A stretch of DNA of 64,000 bases. Origin: Antedon mediterranea. Taxonomy: Eukaryota > Animalia > Echinodermata. How positions within the stretch are numbered: position 1 is the first letter of the stretch; every line of letters begins with the position of its first letter. The translations under genes were made by a program, and so were the position numbers. The DNA lies in NCBI RefSeq assembly GCF_964355755.1, contig NC_092672.1:10230001-10294000 (forward strand), given 5' to 3'. This document shows, in pieces, positions 38,787 through 52,000 of the stretch. The notes below the pieces were generated by a model. The model did no database searches. It was not told the DNA's origin and was given only the letters and a program-made list of their open reading frames with translations.

Positions 38787-39010
38787 AAGCGCGCATTCAT
38801 GAATAGTTTTCATCAATGGATTGCCTGCGAATCTTTCATCATGTTTAAGTCACGGTTGCCTACGGCTACTACTAATATAACTTGAATTATACTAAAGAAT
38901 ATTCGATTTCACTTGCTGAAAACAAAAAGAATGTAATGAAAATGTATTACCTTGAGCGTTGCTTAGATTAAAAGATAATATATAATATACTATAATAATA
39001 TAATATTATT

Positions 39011-39053
39011 AGAACGATTAAAGACGGGAAGGACACACAAAGGGATAGGCAAA
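39011..39053 (+). promoter_or_regulatory. Conserved upstream block shared by genes E, F and G
   Basis: AACGATTA..GA.GGGAAGGA(C/T)ACA..AGGGAT(A/T)GGC at 39011-39053, 43535-43575 and 48930-48973. Each lies 95-190 bp before the ATG, with TTACCTTGA upstream and a TCAGT initiator-like motif downstream. Confidence 0.6.
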
Positions 39054-39196
39054 TAAATAATCTCGAAGTTACCGGTATTACTATGACCGGTTCGTAATAT
39101 ACAGGCGTGTATATAGATGACAGAATTTTAACACTTGCGGTATTGAATTCTTATTTGTACACAATTCAGTTCTTCCATAATAGCGTATTCATCAAT

Positions 39197-42100
39197 ATGT
39201 ATACATTGTTATTTTTGAGTGTGTTTGTTCTCCTTCCTTCAAGTTCAAGCTCTGCATCTGGTGGTAAGTTTTTAACAAACATTAGGAATTTGATTTTGCA
39301 CATTCCTAATGTATAAATACCCGTATATAATAATAATAGTAATAACACCACCACTAATAATAACAATAATAATCAGTAGGGCAATCATAACCTAGGTGAA
39401 CAGAATAGGGTGGGTTCTTGAATTTAATTTTCTTTTTTTACAAACGTTTTATAACTCAAACTTCTTGGTGTACATTGTATATAACATTCATAAAATATAT
39501 TATATAACACCTATATAAATTCCTGTCATTTGATTGGACGAATGTGGGTCACATGGCGTGCAATAGTACGCACTATTCAACGATCGTTAAATAGTACTTT
39601 TTGAAACATTTTTGTTTGTTATTTAGATGTTATATAAAACAAATAATGAATGTTTTGTATTCGTGTAATGGTACAAATAATGGCACTTGGTGAATGATGA
39701 AAGGTTATATCAACTCGGCTTTGCCTCGTTGATATAACCGTTCATCATTCACCTCGTGCCATTATTTGTACCATTGCACTCATAAACATTCATTATTTGT
39801 ATACTATTATATTAGAAATTTGATTTCTGTTGATATTTAAAAGGTGAATTCAAATAAACGTGATGCTAAATTGATTACATCTATAGTAATGTATGGAATA
39901 ACAATCTGTGATCTGATATATTTAATTTCAATGTGGCTAGATTTATTTAATTTAATGTAATAAATTGTTCATAACCATTCTTTATTTTGAACTTGACAAA
40001 AGAAATGTTTGGCATTTTATAAGTGGATGTTATCTATTTTTGTTTTTTTTGTTTTGCCAATAAGTGATGCATACGATATTACTCACAAGTCTGGGTAAAA
40101 CACAATCTTTTTTTAAATAAAAAATCATATTTATTAATTTTTATTTCAAATAATACTGGCTTTTCTATTTTAGATGGTCTATGTGGGGAAAATGAGTTTA
40201 CGTGTTTAACTAGTCGTGACTGTATAGACTCGTTATTCGTGTGTGATAAGGACGAAGATTGCGCTGATGGGTCAGATGAATACAACTGCATGACTACTGC
40301 ACGTACGTGTAAATGTGTGTGATGTGCCCAAATATGGTATTGATATGCCCAAGTATGGTCCATATATGGACACATCGCAATTTTTTTGGTCACATAATGT
40401 TTGATAGCGTAGACCACCACGTAAGGCCACAACCGCTTTTCCACTCCACTTCCCTCATTCACTCTCTCTCGCCTATAAGTTCAATAGTAGCCCCTTTCTG
40501 CCTTCCCGAATGATATTAAAGCTCAGATACAGGCATGAATTTTAAATATAAACTCTGGTTAATTGTACATAATCAAATATTTGTAACAGAAATCTAGACG
40601 AAAAAACATGAATTTCCCTTAATATGGTCAAATATAAAATTTGGCAAAATTCTGCCATAAAAACCAGGAAGACTTTTTTCAATATTTGGTTAAACCTAAT
40701 GTAATAACATGTCTGGTGACTCCCTAAAAGGTGAAAAAAGATGGTGGATATACAGTGGATAATTTTTGCTATAGCATGAAAATAAAAATCTGAAATTGAA
40801 TAAAATTACCAGAAATGTAAAATTCAAGTTTTATTACTTATATTTAGTCATCTAATAACATTTTTTACTACACCGTTTATTTTTCATAGCTTTTTAAAAT
40901 GCCTCTCTATTTACAAAATATGTGTACAAAAGAATAGAGATTTTATTGTGTAATTTGAACTATCCCCCCACTGATAAGAAAGTGCTTATTTTTAACAAGC
41001 TCGTGTAACACAAATAAAATTCCTAAAATTATGAAACATAGGGGAAACTATAGATCGATAATTATTGGAATGTATGATCAATAGAAATGTTTTGCCTGTA
41101 CCTGGCCTTTAAAACTACACTCAATTGTAAATGATTGTATTTCTTCTTCATATTATAGTCATATTGTATTTTCTGTTTATGTGGATATTTGCATTTGAAT
41201 TTAATTTAATTAAAAACAGTTATATCACAATAGATTTCGGTCAGCAGGTTGGAGACTTTTTCTTTACGACACCGCCCGCCGGAGGAGATTACTCTACAAC
41301 TGGTTAGTACACGATCTTATTGTTTAAATGTAACACTCGTTTTAAAAAGGTAGGCCTACTATTTAGCTAGAGTATTTATGTAGGCCTATGATTAACCGCT
41401 AGAAAATATAACGTTTTTAACTTCACAAACGTTGTTGATAGCCATATCATTCATTGGCGCTATTAAGACTTACAATATTAACATTATGTTCATTTATTAA
41501 TTGAACCAGATCCGTGCAACCCAAACCCTTGTGGACCGTTTGGAGAATGTAACACTAACTTTCTTATTCGTCTGTTACACGGGGAGTTCAAATGCGACTG
41601 TTTTAAAGGACATAAAGGACAGTTTTGTGATATCGGTATGTCACTTTTTTTCTAATTCATTATTATATTAATGAAAGTATACACATTTGCGACAATATAA
41701 CCGTTCATTCCATATACGTAACAAAATACAAATATGCAGAAAAATTATGTAAATTAAAACTATAAATTTTCTATCTATTATTTTAATATACAAACGTGCA
41801 ATATTGAACGATAATAATTTATCTACAATATAGATCTTTGTGACTGTGGTAAAAATGGAGAATGTAAATTTGGATTCTTTAGAACTTATTGCGAATGTGA
41901 AGATGGTTATAGTGGTAAAAACTGTGAAAACGGTAGGTAAAAGTTTTTTAATGTAATTTTGCTACCATACACTCAACAAACCTAACAAATTCGCCTGAAA
42001 ATACTACTGTGATTACATGATATGGTAAACGTTGTGAAAATTAGGGAAAGGTTGAAATATGAAAAATCACAAAAATAGTGTACTTGTAGGCCTACTTCTG

Positions 42101-42672
42101 CTACTAATTTGAACTGACAGTGTTGAAAATTAATTATTAACTGCGCATGATCCGGAATTATTTAACCGAGCATCAGATCAGACACACCTCGTCATTACTC
42201 GTCTTCAATCACTCACATGTACAATCTTATTTATCCAGAGTAGAAGGGCATCATGGATAATACAGGCTACTGTAGAAATGGTACCACATGTTTGAGAAAT
42301 TGCGTCGATGATAACTAGATAAATGTGTATTTGTTTACATTATATGCCTTTGATGGAAATAATGTTTCCACACGTCTCATGCTTAGTAAGCGCAATAATA
42401 GATACAAACGATTTTATTGTCCTTATTGATCATGACGCCATTTAACTAAATTTAATTGCAACGATTGCTGGAAAGTTTTAATTTTGTGAAAATATGTCCA
42501 AATAATTTCCACCTCTCATCCATAATTCCGGTATAAAGTGGTCGATCAAAATTATTTATTTTGAATATTGAAACATTTATTTTTATTTACTGTAGCATAC
42601 TGTTTTAACGGGATTTAATCACTATCTCATTTGTTGTTTTTTTTAGGAAACGACCATCCAGACACACGATAG
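39197..42672 (+). CDS. Gene E: secreted protein with signal peptide, 1 LDLa, linker and 2 EGF (~171 aa)
   Basis: Exons 39197-39263 ([22 protein letters not shown]), 40174-40302 (LDLa), 41234-41302 (linker ..[22 protein letters not shown]), 41510-41635 (EGF), 41834-41932 (EGF), 42647-42672 (GNDHPDTR*). All introns are phase 1. Confidence 0.8.
39639..39800. repeat. Long imperfect hairpin (~80-bp arms), probably part of a non-autonomous element starting near 39495
   Basis: ACAAATAATGAATGTTT..TGGTACAAATAATGGCAC..GGTGAATGATGAA.GGTTATATCAAC, a short loop, then the reverse complement ending AAACATTCATTATTTGT. Lies in intron 1 of gene E. Confidence 0.75.
41998..42045 (+). pseudogene. Relic 3' half of an EGF exon in the last intron of gene E
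   Basis: AAATACTACTGTGATTACATGATATGGTAAACGTTGTGAAAA matches gene F EGF5 (AAA TAC TAC TGT GAT TGC..TAT GGT AAA CGT TGT GAA AAG). Confidence 0.75.
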
Positions 42673-43670
42673 AATCAAAGTTGAAAATGAAAGTTAGTTG
42701 GTTGGGAAAACGGCCGATGAAAAATGACTTTTTCGTGCTGAAATACTTTTTCAATATAGTTATCATCAGCTTTATTTTGTTGTTTAAAGATGTATTGAAA
42801 CATTAGTAAATCATACTGCGAATATGCAACTTTGTAATTTTAATAAAGTCATTAATTTCCAAAGAAAACACAGACAGTTATTTTCACTTAAAAAAGGAAA
42901 AAAAAACCTATTTGAAAAAAAACAAACTATATGTTTTGCTTGCAGTTAAGGTTTTACAGGGAAATAATTGTACGTTTACCTGTAATATGTTCCAATAAAG
43001 CAATAGTTATCTCTGCATTATTTGTGTTTTGTATATTTTATTTGAAATCTAATCAAATTACATTGCATGCGGTCGTAAAGATTTAACAATAATGTTACAT
43101 CAGCAGCAAGTAAAAAGAGGTTTGTCAGCTGGTTTACTTGGCAAGCTAACATAATGTTTAAGTTTGAGCCAGTCTGCAAACTAAAGTTTGCTAGTGAAAA
43201 TTAAGTAGCAAAATAGCATTAATGAATAGTTTCATCAATGAAAGCTCATATCAGTACGATTATTCAATTTTATTTTTAGATCATTATGTAATAACAATAC
43301 ATTAGAGTTTTAAAGTAGAATACATTTAAATAAGCCCAGAGAAATTTAAGGCTAGTTTCACCAGTAAATGAAATGACTATACATTTTGAAGTAGTGTATC
43401 ACTGCCGCCAGTACTACTTCGAATATCACTCTTCAATTATAAACATTCTATTTGCTCAAACTAAAAGAAAGTGCATTACCTTGAACCTTCCCTGGATTAA
43501 GAGATTACAATTATGCTGTTTTTAATTTCATCAAAACGATTTAAGAAGGGAAGGATACAAAAAGGGATAGGCCAAGTAATGATAAAAAGGTATCAATGAT
43601 ACCGTTTCATTTATTTAAACATTTTCGGTCAACTAATTCAGTTCTGTAGGCCACAAATACATTCATCAAT

Positions 43671-46600
43671 ATGTATTCATTGATGTTCTTGACCAGTGTT
43701 TTTGTTCTCATTTCTCCTGTGAGAACGTCGACAAGTTCAAGCTCTTGGTATTCAGGTGGTAAGTTTGTTTAACAATGAGGAATGTAATTTTGGTACAAAC
43801 TAAGGTATAAATACACTGTATATAATCACATTTACGCTTCAATCGACAGAGAATCATCTCTCGACCACGCGGGTACTCACAGACCCGATCTATAGGTAAA
43901 ACGATGTTTCAAAAATGTTATATTATATTATTTATTGCTATTCTGGCTTTTCTATTTGAGATGGTCCTTGTGGAGAAAATGAGTTTACGTGTTTAACTAG
44001 TCGTGACTGTATAGACTCGTTATTCGTGTGTGATAAGGACGAAGATTGCGCTGATGGGTCAGATGAACGCAACTGTACAGAACGTACGTATGACTTTGTT
44101 TATAATATATTATTGTGATGTTCTATTGATTATAAGCTGTCAATATCTCGATTATACTGTAGGAAAACATATCTGAGTTGTGGTATTCTCTTTTACGTCA
44201 CTGATGATTGATATAAATTGAAATGTATGTAGGCCTACCTATGATGAAGAAAGAAAATTATTCTGATATTACTGCTAATGTTATGATTCCCATTTGCTAT
44301 GTCACTCATTGCTAACAGGTACAAACAATACCAATTATATTATGATAGATTATGGCACGCAGGTTGGAGAATTTTACTCTACGACACCTGAAGTGACAGT
44401 AGATGATGCGCCGGTCAGAATAATTTACTCTACGACTAGTAAGTACTATAGTTAGTGGGCCTACATGTGTCATAAATGTGACAAAATGTGTTTGTATACT
44501 AAAGTATACTCATACTATATTTCCACATTTTATTTTGTTGCTTAACACATTAATGAATCATATTTATGTATTAGTTGCACCAGGTCCGTGCCACCCAGAT
44601 CCTTGTGGAAGGTTTGGAGTCTGCAACACTAACTTTTTTATCCAATTGGTGTACGAGGAGCAGTTTAAATGCGATTGTTACAACGGACACAAAGGAAAAT
44701 TGTGTGACATCGGTATGTCATCAATTTATAATTAAGCAATTATTATTATTATTTATTTGTATTGCATGTCTTTAGGCACATGTGGCCAATGATTACCAAT
44801 AGTAAATTAATCACTATCCCCTCAGTATTTATTGAACAAGTTCACCGGGTAATTCCCAGCTACTCGTATTGAATGATAAATTACAAGATTCTTCAAAGTG
44901 CACACCGATTGTAACTGTGCTTATTTATTATCAATAATACCGTATCATACAATTTATGAAGTATGAAATTATTTTTTTTTTGTATACTGCCTTATTTATT
45001 TACTTATTTGTGTATTTACTGCTTTTATGTTTATTGTAATTATTATTATTGTCTAAGGTTGCTTATTAGCTTAAAGATCATGCTCTGCACAGATCTTAAA
45101 ATATGCATCCTCCATGTACTGGGTTGTAGTAGTTGTAATAATTGAATTGAAATTATAATTGAAAATTACACTGGAACAAGGCCATATACATATACAGTCG
45201 CATGCGCACATTTGAGTTAGTCTATATACTGACCGACCGACTAAAACGTAAAGTTAAAAAAAAAAGCATGTATGCTATAATAAGTGTTCATTAATTTCAG
45301 AATTTTGTAAGCTTAAATGTCAAAATTATGGAGATTGTAGACTTTCGTTATGGTCAAATGAGCAATATTGCGACTGCGAAGATGGGTATGACGGTGACCT
45401 TTGTGAAAATGGTAAGATAAATTATTAATTAAATATCAATTTAGCATGTTACTGAACATTACATTCGTTTTAAAGGCAGCTTTGGTGTAAATAAAACACT
45501 TTCTTTCTATTTTTTACATTCGGAAAAATCCATTACGCCATGTAACATTGTAACAAAGCAGTCATGTCGATTAATACGATATTGTGTTTTATTTTGAGTG
45601 ACAAAGCTACAATCTATATTCATTAGGACTTCAAGAAATAGTTGGTTACTTCTTTTGTGTGACAGAAAGTCGTGATTTTTAAAACATTTTTTTATTTTTA
45701 ACCAACACTTTATAACGTCTATAAAACAATTCATTTCAATTTAGACCTGTGCTATCGGTTCTGTAACAATAGTGGAGAATGTCTAATCAACTCTTGGACA
45801 AAAAAGCCTTACTGCCGATGCGCACCTGGGTATGCCGGGCCCCGCTGTGATGATGGTAAGATCAAGTCAATCTAACAAAAGGATATTGAGCTCGCCTTGC
45901 CCAGATTGGAACTCGTAGCAGTCCTTTGATTGTATGTCTGGCTTGGACAAATACCTGCTGTAACAGTACAGTGCTATATACAACTCCGCGACGCGTGGTG
46001 TCTGTTAAGCGCAATGGAATGACGTAAGCGCAACGTAAGTAACTTGATAAGCGATGACTTATCCGAACTATCGCTTGTCATTGGTCAACTCGTTTGCGAT
46101 TACGTTGCGCTGCGCTTACGTCCCATGAGTTGCGTCCTAGTGGGAACCAAGCTTTAAGGACCGTGTCGCAGCCACATAATAATTATTTTGATCTCCGGAG
46201 CTCAGCATCCTGTTATTAGATTGCCTTGGTAAGATCCATGAATGGATATTACTGTAACTGTATTTGTACATTTCATAGATTGCATGAATTATTGTAACAT
46301 AAATTTGGTAATTAAAAACCTTCACCAGAATAGGCCAGGATTTAACATACTCAACCTGTTTCTGTAATTTTACAATCTATATATTCATTTTAAATCTTCA
46401 AACTTGACTTTCATTGTATTAGAAGTAATTATTGTTATTATGGACTTAATTAAATTAACAATCAAAGCGAACTCACTACTCTTTAGTTATATAAACTTTA
46501 TCAATTTCAACGAATGTTCAACATTTTTGCTCGATGGTTTATTTAATTATATCAACTTATCATTTATCTACTGTACGACGGATAGATCTGTGCGACTGTG

Positions 46601-47428
46601 GTAACAATGGACGCTGTGAATATGGAGTATTTATAGGATTTCATTGTGAATGCGAAACGGGTTATGGTGGCAAAAACTGTGAAAAGGGTAGGATTACATT
46701 GAAGTTACTTTTTTTTCTTTCTTTTTTATATACTGTAATTAAACGAACCTATAACTAGGTCACCTGAAAATGGTTTTATTAATTTTAAAACGGCTGTAAA
46801 ATGTCCACATGGTTATATTAATTATAAAATAGCTGTAAACATTTCAACAGATTTCTTTTTCAGTCAAAATTTCTTTATATTTTAAGAAAAGAAAGAAATA
46901 TAATTTCTAGCCAATCAGAAGATATGTGTTGTTGGTTACAATTTTAGAACTGTGTCTATCCTTCTTTCAGTTATACATACCAGATATAGTTATCGATGAT
47001 TTCCAGATTATTTTTTTCTTCAATCCATCGTTTATCCAATCATTTCCAACTAATCTTACAATTTGTGTTTCCATGTTTTATTTAATCTCAACACGTTTTA
47101 TGATATTTAGTCATAAGGGAATCATACCTTTGGTGGGTGTAAATTACAGTATAGATATGAATATACGTTTGATACTAGATCTTTGTGATGATCTCGACTG
47201 CCAGAACAATGGAGAATGTAAATTGCGATACGGAAACAAATACTACTGTGATTGCCCGGATGGTTACTATGGTAAACGTTGTGAAAAGGGTAAGGTTAAA
47301 CATGTGTAAAACAATAACAAATATTGTACAATAACGTACTGTATGTACTATACAGTTTTAACAGGCTAATTTATAATCCCAATTTTTTTTTCATTTTTTT
47401 AGGAAACGGTCATCCAAACACAAAATAG
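43671..47428 (+). CDS. Gene F: secreted protein with signal peptide, 1 LDLa, linker and 5 EGF (~299 aa)
   Basis: Exons 43671-43758 ([20 protein letters not shown]..), 43961-44083 (LDLa), 44349-44438 (Thr-rich linker); EGF 44575-44712, 45301-45411, 45745-45855, 46586-46687, 47179-47289; terminal 47403-47428 (GNGHPNTK*). The five EGF exons are collinear one-to-one with those of gene A. Confidence 0.85.
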
Positions 47429-49079
47429 TAGCATGAGAAGAACAATTTGTTAGGTAGCACAACTACTAATGTCACTGTATGCCGAAACATTACAAAGTTT
47501 CTTCAATTTATACAAATTTAGTAATAGGCATAATAATTGAATTTGCAATCATTAAACGATAGTTTTTAATACATTTATGAACAATTTAACTTTTCAAGTC
47601 ATAATTCTTTCAAGTGCTAATAAAGTGAACGTAATCTGCATAATTTTGTGTTCTGTATTTTGTATTCGAATTTCTATATTCATATTTGTGGAGAGATCGG
47701 ACATTCACTAATGCTTAAAGAGGTTCTAAAACAATCCAAGTCTTTACACATTAGAATGCTGGCATCATTGGACAGTTTGAAGTCGCTTCTAAAAACTCCA
47801 TTTTTGGCATTTGAAACGATTGATTGATTAATTGATTTATTTAGCTACATGTTAGTGCGGTCATAAACCAATACGAAAAGAAAAGAAGTAAATTAATGTA
47901 GTTTTTCTTTGCATTGTTAATTGTTTGGATATGGAATGCTGTACTATTTATTTTATAGGGGCCTAAATGTAGAGTGACTGCTGATAGTTTCTCCCTTGTA
48001 AATATAATGACCAATTTTTTTTTTTGTGATAGAATAGGCCTATCTGCCTAAGAATTAAATTGAATTATTGTGAAAACAAATACGACGAAAAGTACAAAAT
48101 AGTAGCAAAGAATAATGGTAACATACAAAATCATTATTTTGTTATATAAAGATGAAGATAAAATACTGAAAGGTCACTGAAACTATTAAAAAAACTCAAC
48201 AGACTACCCTTCATACTTTCGTTCAGTTACTTTCACTATTTTATTAGTAATAACAGGCAGTACAGTACCACAAATTATTTGAATGGAGTTGAATGAATAT
48301 ATCAATTAATTAATTACAACAAAAGTTATAATTTTGTTTGGCGGGTATCCAACCGCATGCCAGGGGAATACGAACCACGAGCCACAGTACTACGCATTAT
48401 GAACTATGTTCATTGTTTTCGATAATGTTGTCATAGTTTTGCAAACAGTAATTCACAGATATAACTGTAGGTGTGTTGTATGCTTTGATACCGTTATATA
48501 GTTCACTCATTATTTTATTTCAGATAAAATATTCATTATAATTATAAAGAAAGAACTGTTGCAAATACCTATCCATCTGAACGATATCAGAAAAAAGGGT
48601 TTATCCCAATGAATTCCTACTTTACTATATTAAAAAAAACATCAGGCTAATACAGCATAAATTCGTTTCATAAAGTTATGCATCGTATCGTATCGACTAA
48701 TAAACACTCATAAAAGTTACAAAGCGTATATTATTGAAAATACCTTAATTGAAGTTACTCCAGACTTACTACATAGAACACAGCAAGACCTAATAAAAGA
48801 ACTTTATACATTATTAACTTTTCTTTTTTTCACAGATGTTCTACTCTTAAATCATATTGAAGAAGAAGAATATTTAATACAAATATTACCTTGAACCTAA
48901 AAGATGGATCAAGTGGTTGTTTAATTATTAGAACGATTACAGATAGGAAGGACACAACGAGGGATTGGCAAAAAATAATAAATCCAGTTAATCCATTATT
49001 TTAGAGGATACCAGTTTTTATTTCAACATTTACAGTATCATTTAGTAGTCAGTGGCATCCACCAAATACTATTATCAGA

Positions 49080-52000
49080 ATGTATTCAATTTTGTTCTTG
49101 GTGGGTGTTTTTGGTCACATTAATTATGTTACCTGTGTAGGTTCGTCTTCAAGTTCTAGTGTGTATTTTTCTGGTAAGTTGTATTATTATTTTTCACATT
49201 TAAAGTAAGTTTGATGATTCTTACGGTATTCAAATACACTACGCAGAGTAACAGTGTATTATGAGAATACATTAATAGCAAAGTTAATTTCATGTGGTGG
49301 TTTTTGAAATCTTAAACTTTAGATCACTAGCCTATATCATAACAATCTCTCGTTTGAGTTTTAGAAAAAACTTTAGTGGCATAGTCTACTGTATGAGAAA
49401 TGCTACAAAAAAAATTAGTCTCGCCCTTAAACTTCAAATCACGAACCTATAAACCACTTCTCATTGTGAGTGTTAGAATTTGCATAGTGTATGAGAGTAT
49501 TTATAACAGAAAATGTTAATCTCACAAGATGATTTTGGAACCCTTTAACTTGAGATCACTAGCGTAGCCATCTCTCCTTTTGAGTTTTAGAAAAACATCA
49601 TTGTCATAGTGTATACTAGAATAAAACATATAACTGAAAAATTAATTTCACAAGGTGATTTTGGAAACCTTTAACTTCAGATCACGAGCGTGTAATTTCC
49701 AAATTTATGGATGAATAAAGCGATGTCTATATCTATACTAATCTCTCCTTTTAGGTTTTTGGATCGAAACATTAAACTTACGTTTACTGCCTATAACCAT
49801 CTCATTGAGTTTAAAACAAATTTGTATACCTGATCCGGAAAACACAACTATACAAAATATTACCATATTAATTTTATATAAGCCTAGTTATAAAACAATA
49901 TTTAAGCATATGCTATAACATAAAACCTTTCTTTTGGCTTAAGTACAACCCTGTATAGACCTAAACTGTTGAAACTTGGTTATATTTTCTAGAACTTTCA
50001 TGTGATGCAGATGAATATACATGTAGGTACAGTGGAGAATGCATACCGTCTTTATGGGTTTGCGATAGAGATGCTGATTGCTACGATAGTTCAGATGAGA
50101 CCGAATGTCCTTTAGATACGAGTGAAACGACCACTGAATTACCTATGTATTACTTCACGGAAGAAATATGTAAGTATATACACTATACTATTATATACTA
50201 ACAGTTTTATAAAGCAAATAATGACTACGGTATTCTTAAAACATTACAAGTGCAGACAACTCTCTTCACATTAATTACCAAATCAGAATCTAGATAAAAT
50301 TCCTTTTAATGGTGGTAAATAATAGAAAGGAACAATTAACCAAAGTACTGGAATGCATTATAGAATTGAGGAAGACCAGGAAACATCCATGCAAAACTAA
50401 TTAATAACACTACTTTAATTCTATCTATCGAGGGGTGATACAGATTTTCATATGTGCATAGATATAGCCTATTAAATAGAAAAGAAAATAATTTTGTTTA
50501 AACAGAACATTATAAAAAATAATGTATGGACGGTTATTGTTTTTAATGTAAAGAAAAACAACATAGTACAGTATGAATGGTTTAAAAATGATTTGTTTGT
50601 GTTTGTAACAAATTTCTTTCTAATTTCTTTTGTTTTCTCTAATACTAACAATTTTTAAACTTTCTGTGTTATTTTTTTATACACCTCATTTTTTTTTAAA
50701 TATTATGTGAATTTTGAAAATAGGTAAACGATATTTCACATACTTTATGTAAAATATAATTGTAGACAAAAATTGAACCTATAAGATAAGACCTATATTT
50801 CCGGATGAGATTACGTTTTTCGAAATATGAAGAAACACTCCCTAACCTTGGTGATTAAGTCTTTCAATCAAATTATTAGGCCCTAAGTAAAAGTTCATTG
50901 GGTGTGTAAAATAAAATTGTTATTTATCACTAATGCAAATTTCCATTTTTTTCACTAAATTGCCTTGAATCATCATTTTTTTTCATGTCATTAACGTTTT
51001 AAAGTTGTTATTTCATTTTTTTTAAATCTTTATATTAATCTATTGTTTGTTTTGTCAATGTGTATAGGGCGTTCTTGTGAACCTGGGGAATTTACGTGTG
51101 ATAGTGGACAGTGCATACTCTCTGGGCAGGCTTGTAACTATTGGGAAGACTGCGATGACGGGTCAGATGAACGTAACTGCTATAGAGGAGACATCACACC
51201 TAACCCAACAGGTCAGTATATAAGAAGTTGAAGCAAAATAAAATCGTGTAGGCCTAAATGAATGAATTACATGCTACCTGTTTGTTAAAATGTTTACCTC
51301 TTCGATTGACAATTAATAATAGTTCTAGAGCACAGAACAATTCTTAATAACTATTTTGTTTGAAGGTTTGCACGATGAAAATAAATAAGTTGATATAAAG
51401 TTTATTTTCTTTTCAATACTGAGGGACCTTTTCAGTAAAAGACTGTTCTCCAAGAGGGCACAGTATACAGAACAAGGCCATATACATGGCTGCAGTCGCG
51501 TGCTCAAATTTGAGTTAGTGTTTACCAACCGACCAACCAACCGACAAACCGACTGACATTATAGTTAGCTGTAGATTCGCGACTAAAAACAAACAGTTAC
51601 AAAGTTTGGGGTACATGATGATGATCTAAGCAAATTGATTGAAACGTCGAGAAACTCAACAGTGCTTTCAGAACTGGGTATCTTTATATCAATTCTAAAT
51701 AACAAGACCTAGATTTTTAAAAAATACCTTGTTGCTGAGTTCTTGAACTATACGATAAGAAACTGGCTGCTTGTAGTATTTTCCACATTGGCATGTCCGG
51801 CGTTTCTGGCATTTTAGTGGCTCTTTTGTCCAGGCTTCGAGTATCATCTTGTATTCCAAATAAAAACGTATATTCCTGGACGGTGGAGTTCTTGTGGTAT
51901 CTCGGAAGGTCCTTCGATTGTAAAAATAACAACGTCAATGTATAGACATGTTTTAAATAAAACATAACCTCATGGAAAATAGGTGTCAAAGGTTATTGCC

